A DNA stretch of 64,000 nt. Source: Hypanus sabinus (Eukaryota). Location: contig NC_082724.1 of assembly GCF_030144855.1 (NCBI RefSeq), positions 47,058,001 to 47,122,000 of the forward strand. Direction: 5' to 3'. The notes below the pieces were generated by a model. It saw only the letters and a list, made by a program, of their open reading frames with translations, searched no databases and was not told where the DNA came from. Positions 12,255 to 25,439 of this stretch are shown here, piece after piece (position 1 is the first letter of the stretch; every line of letters begins with the position of its first letter). Both the position numbers and the translations under genes were made by a program.

Positions 12255-12790
12255 TATGTCACCAAAGACACTCACAAATTTCTAAAGAGAACGTTCTAAC
12301 TGGCTGCATCACCATCTGGTATTGTGGGGTGAGGGACTACTACACAGGATTGAAAGAAGCTGCAGATAGTTGTGAACTCAGTCCGTTCCATCATGGCCAC
12401 CAGCCTACCCAGCATACAGGACATCTTCAAGGAGAAATGCCTCAGAAAGGTGACAACCATCATTAAAGAACCCCTGCATCAGCCAGCACATTCCTTGTTC
12501 TCATAGCTGCCATCAGCGAGGAGGTACACGAGTCTGAGGACACACACTCAATGATTCAGGAACAACTTCTTCCCCTCTGCCATCTGATTTTTGAATGGAC
12601 ATCGAACCCAGGAACACTACCTCACTACTTTTTTTTTACACTACTTATTTAATTTAACTTTTTAATATATATACTTATTTCAATTCACAGTTCTTTTCTA
12701 TTATTATGTATTACATTTTACTGCTGCTGCAAAGAAAACAACGTTCACAAACTATGCTGGTGATGTTAAATCTGATTCTGGTTCTGATTT
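12255..12790 (+). mobile_element. Rex1/Babar-like LINE 3' fragment
   Basis: Aligns by eye with 19480-19830 (LTGCITxWY, IIKDP.HP.H.LFS.LPSG, RNxFFP); (tctgat)n-type tail. Confidence 0.75.
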
Positions 12791-12944
12791 CTCTGATACA
12801 ATATTTAGAGGTGGATAGAAGGACACTTAAGTCAAGTTATAGAAGAATGCATTACAGGAACATATCCTTCAGCCACCATGACCCAATAAAGCCCAAAGGT
12901 CTCATTGGAAGTTGAGGCCCGATACTGGAGACCAAAGGCAACCT

Positions 12945-13107
12945 NNNNNNNNNNNNNNNNNNNNNNNNNNNNNNNNNNNNNNNNNNNNNNNNNNNNNNNN
13001 NNNNNNNNNNNNNNNNNNNNNNNNNNNNNNNNNNNNNNNNNNNNNNNNNNNNNNNNNNNNNNNNNNNNNNNNNNNNNNNNNNNNNNNNNNNNNNNNNNNN
13101 NNNNNNN
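12945..13107. other. Assembly gap (163 N)
   Basis: Run of N. Confidence 1.
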
Positions 13108-13552
13108 AGGAACATGCTGTTTTGTTTAGTTGCTGTTCTGTTGTTGTTGTGTTACTTTGTGAACATGATGGGTATGCTATGTTGGTGCTGTAGTTTGGCG
13201 ACACTTGCAGACTGCCTGACTACATCCTCGGGCTGTGTTGATTGTTAATGCAAATAGCACATTTCACTGTATGTTTTGGTGTCATGTATTGGATGAATAA
13301 GTAAATAAATCTGAATCTGACTAAATTTTTTTAATCAAAAGTGGTATGGAGTAAAAATAAAAAAATATTTTTCAGCTGTTCACTCCTGTGCAAAGGTTTC
13401 ATTTGTTGGGAAACTCACAGATACTGAAGGGGCAGAAGAGATCCTCAAAGATTAGACCTGAAGATTTACAAAGAGGCCTTTGTAAAGAGGAAAGTGTATC
13501 CAGAGCAAAAGGTAATGAGGAAGTGAATAGGTCCCATAAAGGACCAGTGTTT

Positions 13553-13985
13553 GTTGGCTCTGAGCCTGTTTTCACTGGAATTCAAAAGAATGAGGGGTGA
13601 CCTTATTGAATCTTATTGAATGGTGAAAGGCCTTGATAGAGTGGATGTGGAAAGAATGTTTCCAATGGTGGAGAGTCTACGATGAGAAGACAGCCTCAGG
13701 ATAGCGGGATATCATTTTAGAACAAAGATGAAGAATAATTTCATTAGTCATAGAGTGGTGAATCTGTGGAATTCTTTTCCACAGGCAGCTGTGAAGGCCA
13801 AGTCTCTATGTATATTTAGGCAGAGGTTGATAGATTCTTGATTGGTCAGGGCATGAACGGATATGGGGAGAAGGCAAGAGGCTGGGGCTGAGAGGAAAAT
13901 TGGATCAGACATGATGAAATGGCAGAGCAAACTTGATTAGCCAAATGGCCTAATTCTGCTCCTATTTCTTATGGTCTTATGGTAT
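13553..13985 (+). mobile_element. CR1 3' fragment
   Basis: Close to 32080-32495; (cttatggt)n tail. Confidence 0.85.
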
Positions 13986-14638
13986 GCACCCATATAAGTT
14001 GTCACAGGAGACAGAGATGGTCTTAAATTAATACTCCTTGAATTCTATTTGCCATGAATCAAATCATGGAAGCTAGCAAGATCAGGGAAGAGAGTAGTGA
14101 TCTCCTGAGACATACTGGCATTATGAAAATGGGGATGTCCGTGGAATTGAAGCACATAAATGTGGTTAACACCCTGGCACCTGGTCAGGTGTATCAAAGG
14201 ATGATTTGGGAATTAAGGAAAGAACCTGCTGGGGCCTGGCAGAAATATTCCATCTTTGTTAGCAGCAGATGACATACCAGATGACCATTATTTGAGAAGG
14301 GCTACAGGACAAGGCAGGTAATTTACAAGTAGGTGTATCTAACATAGTGGTCAGAAATTTACTAGCAAGAATGCTGAGAGATAGGGTCTATAGTAGTGTG
14401 CAAAAGTCCTGGGTACGTATACACTAAATTGCGGGGGGTGCCTAAGACTCTTGCACAGTATTGTAGTAAGCTTATGCATTGCACTGTACTGTTGGTACAA
14501 AACAAAACAAATTTCATGATATACTGTGTGTGAGTGATGATAAACTGATTCTGATATGGGTCTCTATTGTGGACTGGGATTGGAAAGGGAGCAAGGAGAG
14601 GGGAGGCAGCAGAGAGCATCAGAGAGACATTCTGGAAT

Positions 14639-14741
14639 TATATAATTGATAATGCTTATTTTGCACTGTATTAATCTTCACTTTGTTGTTGGGTTTTTGT
14701 AGTTGGTTTGTAGAAATGCATACAAAATTAATTAAATAAAA
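14639..14741 (+). mobile_element. ~100-bp poly(A)-type retro-insertion (probable L1 3' end)
   Basis: Ends in AATAAA plus an A-run; flanked by agagagacattctggaat (14621-14638) and agagagacattttgtaat (14742-14759). Confidence 0.55.
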
Positions 14742-14997
14742 AGAGAGACATTTTGTAATAATCAATAAACCAATTATTTGGCATCAAGTGATCATGTCTC
14801 AGGACTGGGTGTGTTTGCATCCAAGCCACCTGCCGCCCTTGGCAATCCTTCTCTGCCACCTGTCCCACACCCCTCCGGTGGCGCTCCACCCTCACCATTC
14901 CCAAAATTCGTTGCTCCCACAGATTTACAAACTGTCTCTTAGCTCCACATTGACAAATACAGTACTGTGTAAAACTCCTATGCACCCTTGCTGTGTA

Positions 14998-15325
14998 CAG
15001 TGGCATGTAAAAGTCTGGGCACTACTGGTCAAAGTTTCTGTTGCTGTGAATAGTTAAGTGAGTAGAAGATGAGCTGATCTCCAAAAGTCATAAAGCTAAA
15101 GATGAAACATTCTTTTCAACATTTTAAGCAAGATTAAGCAAGATTCCTTTTTTGTTATTTTGAAACTGTAAAAGATGGAAATAAAGAAGTAATCTTGCTT
15201 AAAATATTAAAGAAATGAGTCATCTTTAAATTTATGTTTTTGGGAATCAGGTCATCTTGTAATTGCTTAGCTATTCACAGCAACAGAAATTTGACCAGGG
15301 GTGCCCAAACTTCTACATGCCACTG
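14998..15325. mobile_element. Tc1/mariner-type MITE, 328 bp, with ~140-bp imperfect terminal inverted repeats
   Basis: TA|cagtggcatgtaaaagtctgggcac...gtgcccaaacttctacatgccactg; arms remain complementary inward to ttttaagcaagatt / aatcttgcttaaaa. Confidence 0.88.
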
Positions 15326-15364
15326 TTTATGTGTTTAAGACTTTTTCACAATACATTATCTGTT

Positions 15365-15920
15365 TCTAGAAATGAGAGTGCCCTGGATACTATTGTAAAA
15401 TGGAGGCCTAGATGGTGCAGGCACATAGTTTTCTGAATGTGGTGACAAAGGTAAAAAGGGTTGTGGAGAAGGAATAGGGCACACGTGCTTTTTCAGTCAG
15501 GTTGCTGAGTACAAAACTTGGGCTGTCATAGCTATGGTACTTGTACTACTGTGTGGAGCTCCAGTTGCCATGCTAAGGTGGGAGTGGCTGTGGAAACGAG
15601 TCACAAGGATGTTGTCTGGATTGAGTTATAAGGAGAAACTGGAAAGACTGGGGCTGTTTTTCCCTGGTGTAAAGTAGACAAAGTAGTAATATAAAGTCAT
15701 GAGGCGTATAGGTATGATAAAAGATCACGGCCATTTTCCCAGGGGAGGGAAGTCTGAAACCAAAGGACAGAGGTTTAAGATGAAAGGGGAACAATGGGAC
15801 CTGTGGATAGATGGGAGCGAGCTGTCAAAGGAGGTGTTAGTGGTGGGAACAATTACAAAACATAAAACACATTTGAACGGGTGCATGGATAAAAACAGTT
15901 TTAGAGGGTTGTAGATTCAA
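15365..15920 (+). mobile_element. Old CR1 3' fragment
   Basis: Degenerate CR1 C-terminal coding motifs (FPRGGKSETKGQRFKMKG). Confidence 0.65.
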
Positions 15921-16879
15921 TGGTAAATAGATTATGTCCTATATATCTAAGATTAAAAATACAAAATAGGAGAGTTGGAGAATTTTCTTTTCTCAGGATG
16001 TGTACTGGTGAACCACATACAACAAAGCAAGCAGAATAGATAGCAGGAAGAGGAGAAAATTTGGAAAACAATTGAATGAAGAGAACAATTTTCTGGAGAG
16101 AATAGACCAGCTGATAGATTTTTTGGAGGGAATGTAACAGAACTTAGAGATTTGCCTCTGTTAGTTTTTTCCAACAAGTAAGGACAAGATAACTGCTTAA
16201 ATTGGATCAGCATGTCCAGTGTAGTTGAAGAAAATAATTAGACCCATTAAAGAAGGCAAAAATTGCCTCATGTATTTTCATTGTGGTGAAAAAGAAATGA
16301 CATGCAGCATTAACATTACTCTGGACTTCTGTTATTTCAGAAACACACGTAAAGCTAATTGCCAAAGTCACTAGCAGGTAGCAACAAAAGCTTTGTGCTT
16401 TGAAGAATAAAGTCTTCAGAGCCTCAGAAAACAATTTCAACAGCAAATGCACCTTCAATCATATTTTCCCATGCCTTGACAGTGAAGTGAGATGCTCAGG
16501 TGTTGAGTTTCCAAGCTACTAAAGCTCGTACAATTAAAACTGAAACATGTTGGAAGTCATTTGGATCTAGCCTTGTCACTTCTGTTTGGAAAAGAAGGCT
16601 AGTCAATACCATCATTAATCAAACTATCATTGATATTGTTTTTAATTGAAACTGTACTCTTTATTTTAAACCCTTTCCATTCTCAAGTTTTTAGCATAGT
16701 GCTTAAACACTTTTTTTTAGAGAATACATTACAATTCAGAGATTATTTGCTCATTGCTCCCTACATTTGTTTCGTTCCAACTCATAATGTCATAGTTCCA
16801 TTCCACAATGAAGAAGTGACCTGTTAATCAACTGGCACATAATGCCATATGAGAGTATTTGATGGCAGTCATGGATTTT

Positions 16880-17590
16880 GCCTAGTCCATCATAGATAAA
16901 GCCCTCCCCATCACTGAGCACATCTACATGGAGCACTGGCACCATCAAAGACCCTTACCGCCCCAGGCTGTTTTCTTTTCTCACTACCGCCATCAGGAGG
17001 AAGGTACAGGAGTCTCAGGACCCACACCACCAGGTACAGGAACAGTTCTTAGCCCTCAACCATCAGGCTCTTGAAACAGAGACATTAAATTCACTCAGCT
17101 TCACTCGACCCATTACTGAACTGTTCTCACAACCTATGGACTCTCTTTCAAGGGCTCTTCAGCTCATGTTCTTGATATTTATTTTTCATTTGTTATTATT
17201 ACTATTAGTTCTTTTTTTCTTTTTGTACTTGCACAGCTTGTTCTCTTTTGCACATTGAGTTGTCTTTTGCACATCGATCCTTTTTCTGTCTGTTGGGGAC
17301 AGTTTTTTCAATGTTTCTACTCCGCAGGACTTTTAACTCTACTCCTGCCGAAGGGACTTGGCCTGAAACATTGACTGTACACTTTTCCATAGATGCTGCC
17401 TGGTCTGCTGAGTTCCTCCAGCACTTTGTGTGTGTTGCTTGGATTTCCAGCAACTGCAAACTTTCTCTCGTTTGGGAGCAGTCTTTTGTTGATTCCGCTA
17501 TGTTACTTATATTTACTGTGAATGCCCATGAGAAAATGAATCTCAGGGTTTCATATGGTGACATATAATAAATTTAACTTGAACTCTGAT
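16880..17590 (+). mobile_element. Rex1-like LINE 3' fragment with a PLE terminus inserted (17343-17474)
   Basis: Similar to 19620-20037, including the tail aaatgaatctcagggtt...tttaactttgaact. Confidence 0.75.
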
Positions 17591-18143
17591 ATAGAGCCTT
17601 GGCTCCATGCAGTAATAGAAAAAGTTTTAAACTGGCATTTTCATACAGGAGGCTAATCAAATTAGTTTGTAGTTTTAGCAGGAATGCACCAAATTGGTAT
17701 TTCTTCCTCTTATTTTCCAACTCAAGAAAAATATTGATCAAAATCCCTACTCTCTTTGTGGTATTGTTGGTTTATATCTGTATAAGTAATATTTTACCAA
17801 ACCAGTCTTTCAGTCGTATATTGATGTTTTCTTAATAAAGTCCCTCCATGAAATTATTTCATGGCAACTTACGTTCCTTTATACACAATATTAATGACTT
17901 TTTATCCCTCCATCTCTGAGTTGTGGCTCATCTACTTCCCTTCTCAGTTAGTTGTACATTGGTGCAGTTTCATTGTAAACTTGACTCTTCCCATTTTCTT
18001 GTATCCTGCTAGAAAATCCCACCAGTTTCACTGATAGCAATATTTGTGATTAATTCATTTCTTGTTCTTTCCTTAACCACTTACCACACCACCCCACCCC
18101 CCCAACAATCTGACTTCATTTCTTGAGTTGTGTCCTCAATATA

Positions 18144-20590
18144 CAGTGCCTTGAAAAACTATTCAGCCCCCACAACTATTTTCACATTTTGCTGTCTCAT
18201 TTTCAAAATTTAAAATATATTGAAGTCAAATTTTTGAGCTAATCTGCAAAGCATTGTGCCTCATGTCAAATCAAAAGAAAATTTCCAAACCTGCCAACAA
18301 TTTACTAAGAAATTAGTAACCAAAATTGTGAAGCTGAAGAAGTATTCATCCACTTTGTAATCATTACATTAACTTTGGTTAACTTTGGTCTATACTGTAT
18401 AGCAACTCAGCAACTCATCCAATTTGTTGATGTAGAAAGTTAGAGGATCAACTGTTTTTAATGAATTCATATGAAGGAATAACTTCCCTGTCTGTAAGTT
18501 CCAACAGTATGGTAGATTTTCAACAGATCAAAATGAAGAGAAAAGAGCATTCAAGACAAGTCAAGGAAATGATGATGGAGAAGCACAATCTGGGGAGGGT
18601 ATAAGTTCATCTCAAAGGCATTGAACATACCCCTCAGTGCTGTTGACTGTGAAAAAGTGGAAAAAATATGAAACCCCAGCCAACTGACTAGGTCCTCTCA
18701 CTTAGCTGCCAGAGAAGAATGGTGCTTGTAAGGGAAGCTACTGTGACCCTAACAGTCACTCTGAGAGAGCTTAAGAAGTGGCAGCAACTAGAGATGAAGT
18801 TCATGACTCCACAATCTGTAAGGCCCTGCACAAATTGGGTATTTGTGAAAGTGTGACAGGGAAGAGGCCCTGGCATAACAAAAAAAAAGACCATTGCCCA
18901 TAAAGACTTTGGAAAGCATCACCTAGAAAGATACTCTAAAGGTGTGGAAGTAGGATTTGCAGTCAGATGAGACTAAAGTGGAACTTTTTGGCCTCAATGC
19001 TCAGCAGTAAATCTAATACCGTGCATTAACCAGGTAATTCCATCCCTACTGTTAATTATGGTGGAGGTAACATCATGCTGTGGAACTGCTTTTCAGCAGC
19101 AGGGACTAGAAGTATGGTCAGGATTGATGGGAAATGAATGCTCACCATATACAAGTTTGTCGATGACACCACTGCTGTGGGCTGTATCAAAGGTGGTGAT
19201 GAATTAGCATACAGGAGGTAAAATGAAAATTTGGCTGAGTGGTGTAATAACAAGAGCCTCTCACTCAATGTCAATAAGATCAAGAAACTGATAGTAGACT
19301 TCAAGAGAGAAAAACCACAGGTCTATGAGCCAATAATCATCAGAGCTGGAGAGGGTCAGCAACTTTAAATTCCGGGATGTCACTATCTCAGGGACTTGTC
19401 CTGAAGCCAGCATATAAATATAATTACAAAGAAAGCACTAAAGTGCCTCTACTTCCTCAAGAGTCTGCAAAGAATTGGCATGTCACCAAAAACTTTGGGG
19501 AGTGTCTTTAAACGTGTGGCAGTAAGTGTGCTGACTGGTTGCATTACAGCCTGGTATGGGAACGCCAATGCCTTTGGGCAGAAAATCCTACAGAAGGTAG
19601 TGGATTCGGCCCAGTACGTCACGGGTAAAACTCTCCCAACCATTGAGCACATCTACATGAAGTGTTGCCATAGACAAACAGCGTCCATCATCAAAGATCC
19701 TCACCACCCTGGCCATGCTCTTTTCTCACTGCTGCCATCAGGCAGAAGGTTCAGGTGCCTCAGGACTTGCACCACCAGATTGAAGAACAGTAACTACCCC
19801 TCAACCATCAGGCTCTTTAATAAAAGGAGATAATGACAGTCATTTAAGGACTATTATCTTATTATTTTATACTCATTATTCATTGCTAATTATTATCTGC
19901 ATTTGTGCAGTATACAGTTCTTGGTGTTTACAGGTGCTGCTCTATAGATTTGCTAAGTATGCTCACAGAAAAAGAATCTCAGGGTTGTGTGTGCTGACGT
20001 GTATGTATTCTGATAATAAACTTTACCTTGAACTTTGATACCTGCTAACCTCTGCCAGAAAGCTTATACTGGGAAAGATTTTCATCTTTCAGAAGGATAA
20101 GAACCAAAACCACACTGCCAGAGCAACCATCAAGTGGCTTCAGATGAAGAAAATTGATGTCCTTGAGAGGACACTCAGATTCTTGACCTTAACCCAAATG
20201 AACATAACCAGCAAGGTCTCAAGATTGCTGTCCACTTCTGCTCTCCAACACATGGCACAGCTGGACCAACTTTGCAAGGAGGAATGGGCCTTTTCTTGCT
20301 CCATCATGTTGCACAAAGCTAACAGAGAGTTATCCATAAAGAGTACTGGTTGTAATAGCTGCGGGAGGCGGTTCAACAAAGTACTGAGCAAAGGCGGATG
20401 AATACTTTTGAACTGCTGACATTTTAGTTTTTGAAGTTTTAGTTTCTCATGCTTTACAATTTTCCCTGTTTTATGGGGTTCTATAATTCCCAAATAGAAA
20501 TTCCCAGTTAAATTGATCAAAATCCCTTGTTGTAATACTCATTTGTGTGAACAGGGGCATTGCAGGGCTGAATACTTTTACAAGGCACTG
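18144..20590 (+). mobile_element. Tc1-family DNA transposon (IR/DR type), degenerate transposase, interrupted by a LINE
   Basis: 26-bp TIRs cagtgccttgaaaaactattcagccc (18144-18169) and gggctgaatacttttacaaggcactg (20565-20590), 2 mismatches, TA flanks. Inner repeats at ~18335-18357 and ~20389-20412. Transposase remnant 18533-20387 with [15 protein letters not shown], DLNPxE and GGSTKY*. Confidence 0.93.
19141..20037 (+). mobile_element. Rex1/Babar-like LINE (RT C-terminus to 3' tail) inserted in the Tc1
   Basis: KFVDDTT, LNVNKIKKLIVDF, LTGCITAWYG, IIKDPHHPGHALFSLLPSGRR; tail aataaactttaccttgaactttga. Confidence 0.85.
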
Positions 20591-21975
20591 TATGTCCACA
20601 TTACTTGATTTAATCCTCCACAGTACTCTACACATTCTCCCACCCAGTGTCCCATGAAGTATTCCAATCAACCACTCTTTATGAATCTATATTTTCTTGA
20701 CAATGCTCTATTTCATCCCAGGGATCATGAGGATTTCTCCTTCAATGCCACTGGGTACTTTACTATTTCACACGGTATTACACACTTTGCTTACCACTTC
20801 ACAGTGCATTAATAGGATTCCTGTTATTGTTATTTGCATTGCCCAGCTTCCAGACTCAATTAACTTCTAATTGTCCTCTGCCTTTTCAGGCACTTTCAGT
20901 TTGATGTTTTTTTTTAATGTCCCCATTCTCCTGTCCATTGCCATTTCCAGAGAAATGCTTGTGAGTCCCCACCCCCCTTTTATTTTGAAGCAGTGAATGT
21001 ATTGATTGTGTATTCTGACTTGGATCTCTTCTACCTTAAATTTCTTCACTAGGTCCTGAATTTCCAAAATATTCATTTTTTTAACCAAAACATTTTGGTT
21101 GATCAGGTGTTGTGATGGATCACGTATCAACAAATGTTGATTCTTTCAACTACATCTGGTGTTATTACCATTGGGCTAACTTTACCAAATATTTTCCAGT
21201 ATTCTGCATAATCTTTATCTTCAAGTTTGCATTCATCGGTGAGGTGGACTTCTCTTTGTGGGCAGCTCTTTTAGAGAACCTTGCAGAGGTTCTGAGCTAC
21301 TGGTTAAATGACTACAGAGCTGGTATGTGAAGGATAGTTATTCTTCTCTTTCATCTTCAGCACTCAAGTGACTTTCAGTGCTATAATTTATCCATAAGTA
21401 ATAGTGCAGTAGCAAAGTGTCCTTTGCTATATTACTTGTCACATGGCGCTATCACCTGATGCACGCCAAATTCCTGAGTTTCAGTATGACCTTTATTTGT
21501 TATTGATTCTATCTTTTTTTCAGAGGTGGAGTATATTTTCTTGAAATTAATGGTCCTAACTGCTTAATCCTAACTGTCTGGGAGTTCTTGGAAGGAATAA
21601 GCACACAGAATAAACTTACTGTAGTTATAAAGGGGAAATTTACTGATTCAGTTACTAAACAGTGTCAAGATGAGAAAATCATTGCCAACGGAACAACAGA
21701 AATATGATAATTTTAATTTTTGTTGCAAAACATGTATTCCGTGATATCAGATGAACAAAATGCTTTAAATGTTTTTAATATGAACAAAACAATAAAAAAA
21801 AACCTCAAAATCTTAGACATATTTAATCCACAGCACAGAAGTTGCATATTTAAATGTAAGAATGTGCGCTAACCAAACTTAGGTAAACAGTTCAAAAGAA
21901 AATCTTGACATCAAGGCAGTGTTTGGCTGATTGTGAAGTCAAGGAAGTGAAAATAAAAAGAAAAAGCCAACAGAT

Positions 21976-22129
21976 ACGAGGAAATCTGCAGAATCTGTGA
22001 ATTCAAGCAACACACACAAAATGCTGGTGGAACGCAGCAGGCCAGGCAGCATCTATAGGAAATATAGTCAACTGTATTTCTTCCTATAGATGCTGCCTGG
22101 CCTGTTGTGTTCCACCAGCATTTTGTATG
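21976..22129. mobile_element. Palindromic mini-insertion made of two head-to-head PLE termini
   Basis: 46-bp arms at 22016-22061 and 22081-22126; flanked by the 14-bp direct repeat aaaagccaacagat (21962-21975, 22130-22143). Confidence 0.85.
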
Positions 22130-22663
22130 AAAAGCCAACAGATGCTGGAATCCTGAAATAAAAACAAAAAAAATAGGAAACACTCAGAAGCAATTGTGGA
22201 GAACGAAACAGACTAAATGCATTGAAATTCGGAAAGCAAAATAACATGTAATACCCATTTCAATTCATTAGAAAGTATCTGTAAGAAGTTTTCATTGTGT
22301 TCTCATGATTCCTTTTGTATCAACAAGTCAAATAGGATGGAACATGACACGTTGGTTCGTAGTGCTGCTCAGAGTTCCATAGGCCCAAGTTTGGGCAGGA
22401 CCTTGCATGCAGTCTGTGTGGAATTTACATTTTCTATAGGTACTTTGGTTTTCCCTCATAAGCCAAATAATTGTTTTAGCTACAGTAAACTGTCCTGGTG
22501 TAGATGGGTGGCCCATGAGAGTCCTGGAAAAGTGGGTCCTGATGGGAAAGCAAGAGGAAAACTGGGATGAAATTAGGACTGGAGCAGATATGTGCTTGCT
22601 GCTTGGCGTGGACTCAGTGGAGTAAAAGTTTTGTTTCCAGGATGCACGATGCTGATTCCATAG

Positions 22664-24400
22664 GACCATAAGACAGCGAAGCAGAATTAGGCCACACTTG
22701 CCATTGAGTCTGTCCCTCCATTCCATCATGACTAATTCATCATTCCTCTTCGTCACCCCTTCTCCTGCCTTCTCATAACATTTGATGCCCTTACTAATCA
22801 AGAATCTATCAAGCTTCACTTTAAATATATCCAATGACTTGGCCTCCACAGCTGTCTGTGTCAATAAATTCCAAAGGTTCACCATCTTCTGGGTAAAGAA
22901 ATTCCTCCTCATCTCTGTTCTAAATGGATGACCTTCTAATCCAGGGGTTCAAGGACCCTTGCTTAATCATATTGGTCTATGGCATTTAAAAAAAGGTTGG
23001 GAACCCCTACTTCTGAGGCTTTCCCCTCTGCCCCTAGACTCACCCACTATAGGAAACATCCTCTCCACATCCATTCTATTTTGGCATTTCGATATTTGAT
23101 AGATTTCAATGTGATCTCTGTTCATTCTTCTGAACTCCAGTGAGTAGAAGCCTAGAGCCATCAAATGCTCCTCATATGTTAATCCCTTTCATTCCCAGAG
23201 TCATCGTCATGAACCTCTTCCTGACCCTCTCCAATGCTAGTAGATATGTTCTTAGGTAAAGGGCCCCAAACTTCTCTCAATACTCCGAATGTGGCTTGAC
23301 TGATGACTTATTACATCCTTGCTTTTATATCCTAGTCCTCTCGAAATGAATGCTAACATTGCATTTACCTCTCTTACCACCAACTCAACCTACAAGTTAA
23401 CCTTTAGGGAATCCTCGCACTTTTGATTTTAAAGCTTCTTCCTGTTTACAAAATAGCCTAAGCCTTCATTCCTACTGTCAATGTGCATAGCCTAACACTA
23501 TACTTGATCTGCCACTTCTATGCCCATTCTCCTAACCTTACTAATTCCTTTTTGAGTTTCTCTGTTTCCTCAACACTACCTACCTCTCCAGCTATCTTCG
23601 TATTGAAGGCAAATCTATCAATTCCATTACGCAAATCATTCACGTATAACATGAAACACTAATCACTAGTCACCAGCAGTCAATCAGAAAAAGGTCCTCT
23701 TTATTCCCATTCTTTGCCTCCTCACAGTTAACCAATCTTCTATCCATACTAGTATTTTCTTCTGTAATACCATTGATCTCTTGTTAAGCAGCCCCATGTG
23801 TGGCACCTTGTCAAAGGCCTTATGAAAATTCAAGTAAACAACATCCATTGACTCTCCTTTATCTATCCTGCCTGTTATTTCCAACAGATTTATCAGGCAA
23901 GATCCCCTTAAAGAAACCATGCTGGTATTGACCTATTTTAACTGGTTTCACGTACCCAGAAACCTCATCTTTAGTAATAGTCAGATTAGGGGAAAGGGCA
24001 AAGAAGTGGCAGATGGAATATAGAATAGGGAATTGTATGCTCATACACTTTGATAGAAGGAATAAAGGCACAGAATATTTTTCTAAACAGGGAGGAAATT
24101 CAAAAATCATTGGTGCATACAGGTGCCAACTGGCCTGTAATTTCCTTTTTTCCCCCTGTCTCCCTCCCTTCTTAAAGAGTGGAGTGTCATTTCAACTTTT
24201 GCAGTCCTTTGGAACCATTCCAGAATCTAGTCATTCTTGAAGTATCACTCCCAATGCCTCCACAATCTTATTAGATACCTCTTTCAGAACCCTAGGGTGT
24301 TGTCCATCTGATCCAAGTGACTTATCTACCTTCAGAGTTTTCAGCTTTCCAAGCACGTTCTCCTTAGTAATAGCAATGACACCGACTCCTGTCCCCCAAT
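22664..24400 (-). mobile_element. CR1 LINE, degenerate and internally rearranged (short + strand piece at ~23979-24106)
   Basis: Minus-strand RNFFTQKMVNLWN, YSLEFRRM, VVYLNFHKAFDKVPH; tail at 22664. Confidence 0.85.
22942..23009. mobile_element. Tiny hAT/Charlie-type MITE remnant inside the CR1
   Basis: caggggttc...aaaaggttgggaacccct ends resemble the hAT end at 63058-63072; TSD not clean. Confidence 0.55.
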
Positions 24401-25439
24401 CTCAACTTTGAATGTCTTCAAAAACTGAGCAATGCACAGCCTTTTGGAAGGGAATTTAAATATTTAATAAACTGGTCCTCATAAGAGTCCAAAATGCCTG
24501 CGGTCTGATATTGCTTTCTGAGGAGGAAGTAATGTCTTGGCAAATAGTTATCCTCCAACCCATGCACATCCTTGCTTGGACATTATCAGTGTCTGATCAC
24601 TGTAGTGGGTCAAAGTTCTGGAGCTCCCTCTCTAGCAGCATTGTGCATATACCCACTCAAGAAAGATGGCAACAGTAGAGGAAGCAGTTCACCATTACAT
24701 ATTTGAGGGCAATTAAAGATGGGAATTTAAATACTGTCTTAGCCTATTAAGTCCAAATCACTTGAACAAATATATATATGTACATATATAAAATCCTGTA
24801 TGATCTTCTCAGAATCTCATATTCTCTTTTGAGTTCCAATTTATTCTTTTAGCTCCCTTGCTTGTTAATTTAAATAATCACCTTAGTAATATTTTATCTC
24901 ATTATTAGAGCATTTTCAGGTGTTTCAATTAGTCTAGTTAAGTAACAAAATAAATTTTTCATAAGGACTTCCTAGTGGTTTATCACACGTATGCATTGAG
25001 CAGAGTGTCATGGATGGAAAGTAATGTGCTATCCTTGTGTGATGCCCCTAGTTCAAGGTGATGCTGCGGAATGCACTTTTCAACTTGCAGGAAGGTTTCC
25101 AGTTGATTAGAGAGACCCATTATCATGTTGTACAGAGCAGAAAAATGTGACCTTGCTGTTGAAGTTGTCACTGAAATTGAATGTTTGCACACACTTTTAA
25201 CTTGGTAGCGACTGTCGGTGGGCTGATTTCCAAGTTCAAGACTGGGAGATAGTGGAAGTCTGCACAGCCTTTAAGGACATCCACTGGTGCAATGCAGGTA
25301 TCACAGGGGCTGGAGTTGGAGGTTACACTTCGGCCAAACCTCCTGCTGTTTTGAGTGCACTGTCTCCATTCTGGACCCTAAAATGAGAGGCTCGTAAGAT
25401 AGCTGGTGGTTTAGTTGTGTTTACTTTTCCAGAGCTCTC

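Larger units (their letters stand above)
14391..15356. mobile_element. Composite Tc1-type non-autonomous element: each end is a short palindromic unit built from the TIR CAGTACTGTGCAAAAGTCTTAGGCAC
   Basis: Unit 1 (14391-14464): agtagtgtgcaaaagtcctgggtac...gtgcctaagactcttgcacagtattg. Unit 2: 14960-14985 plus 15331-15356, split by a younger MITE. Confidence 0.6.

Noticed and set aside
12852-13204. ORFs spanning X runs
   Set aside because: Artefacts of the N gap.
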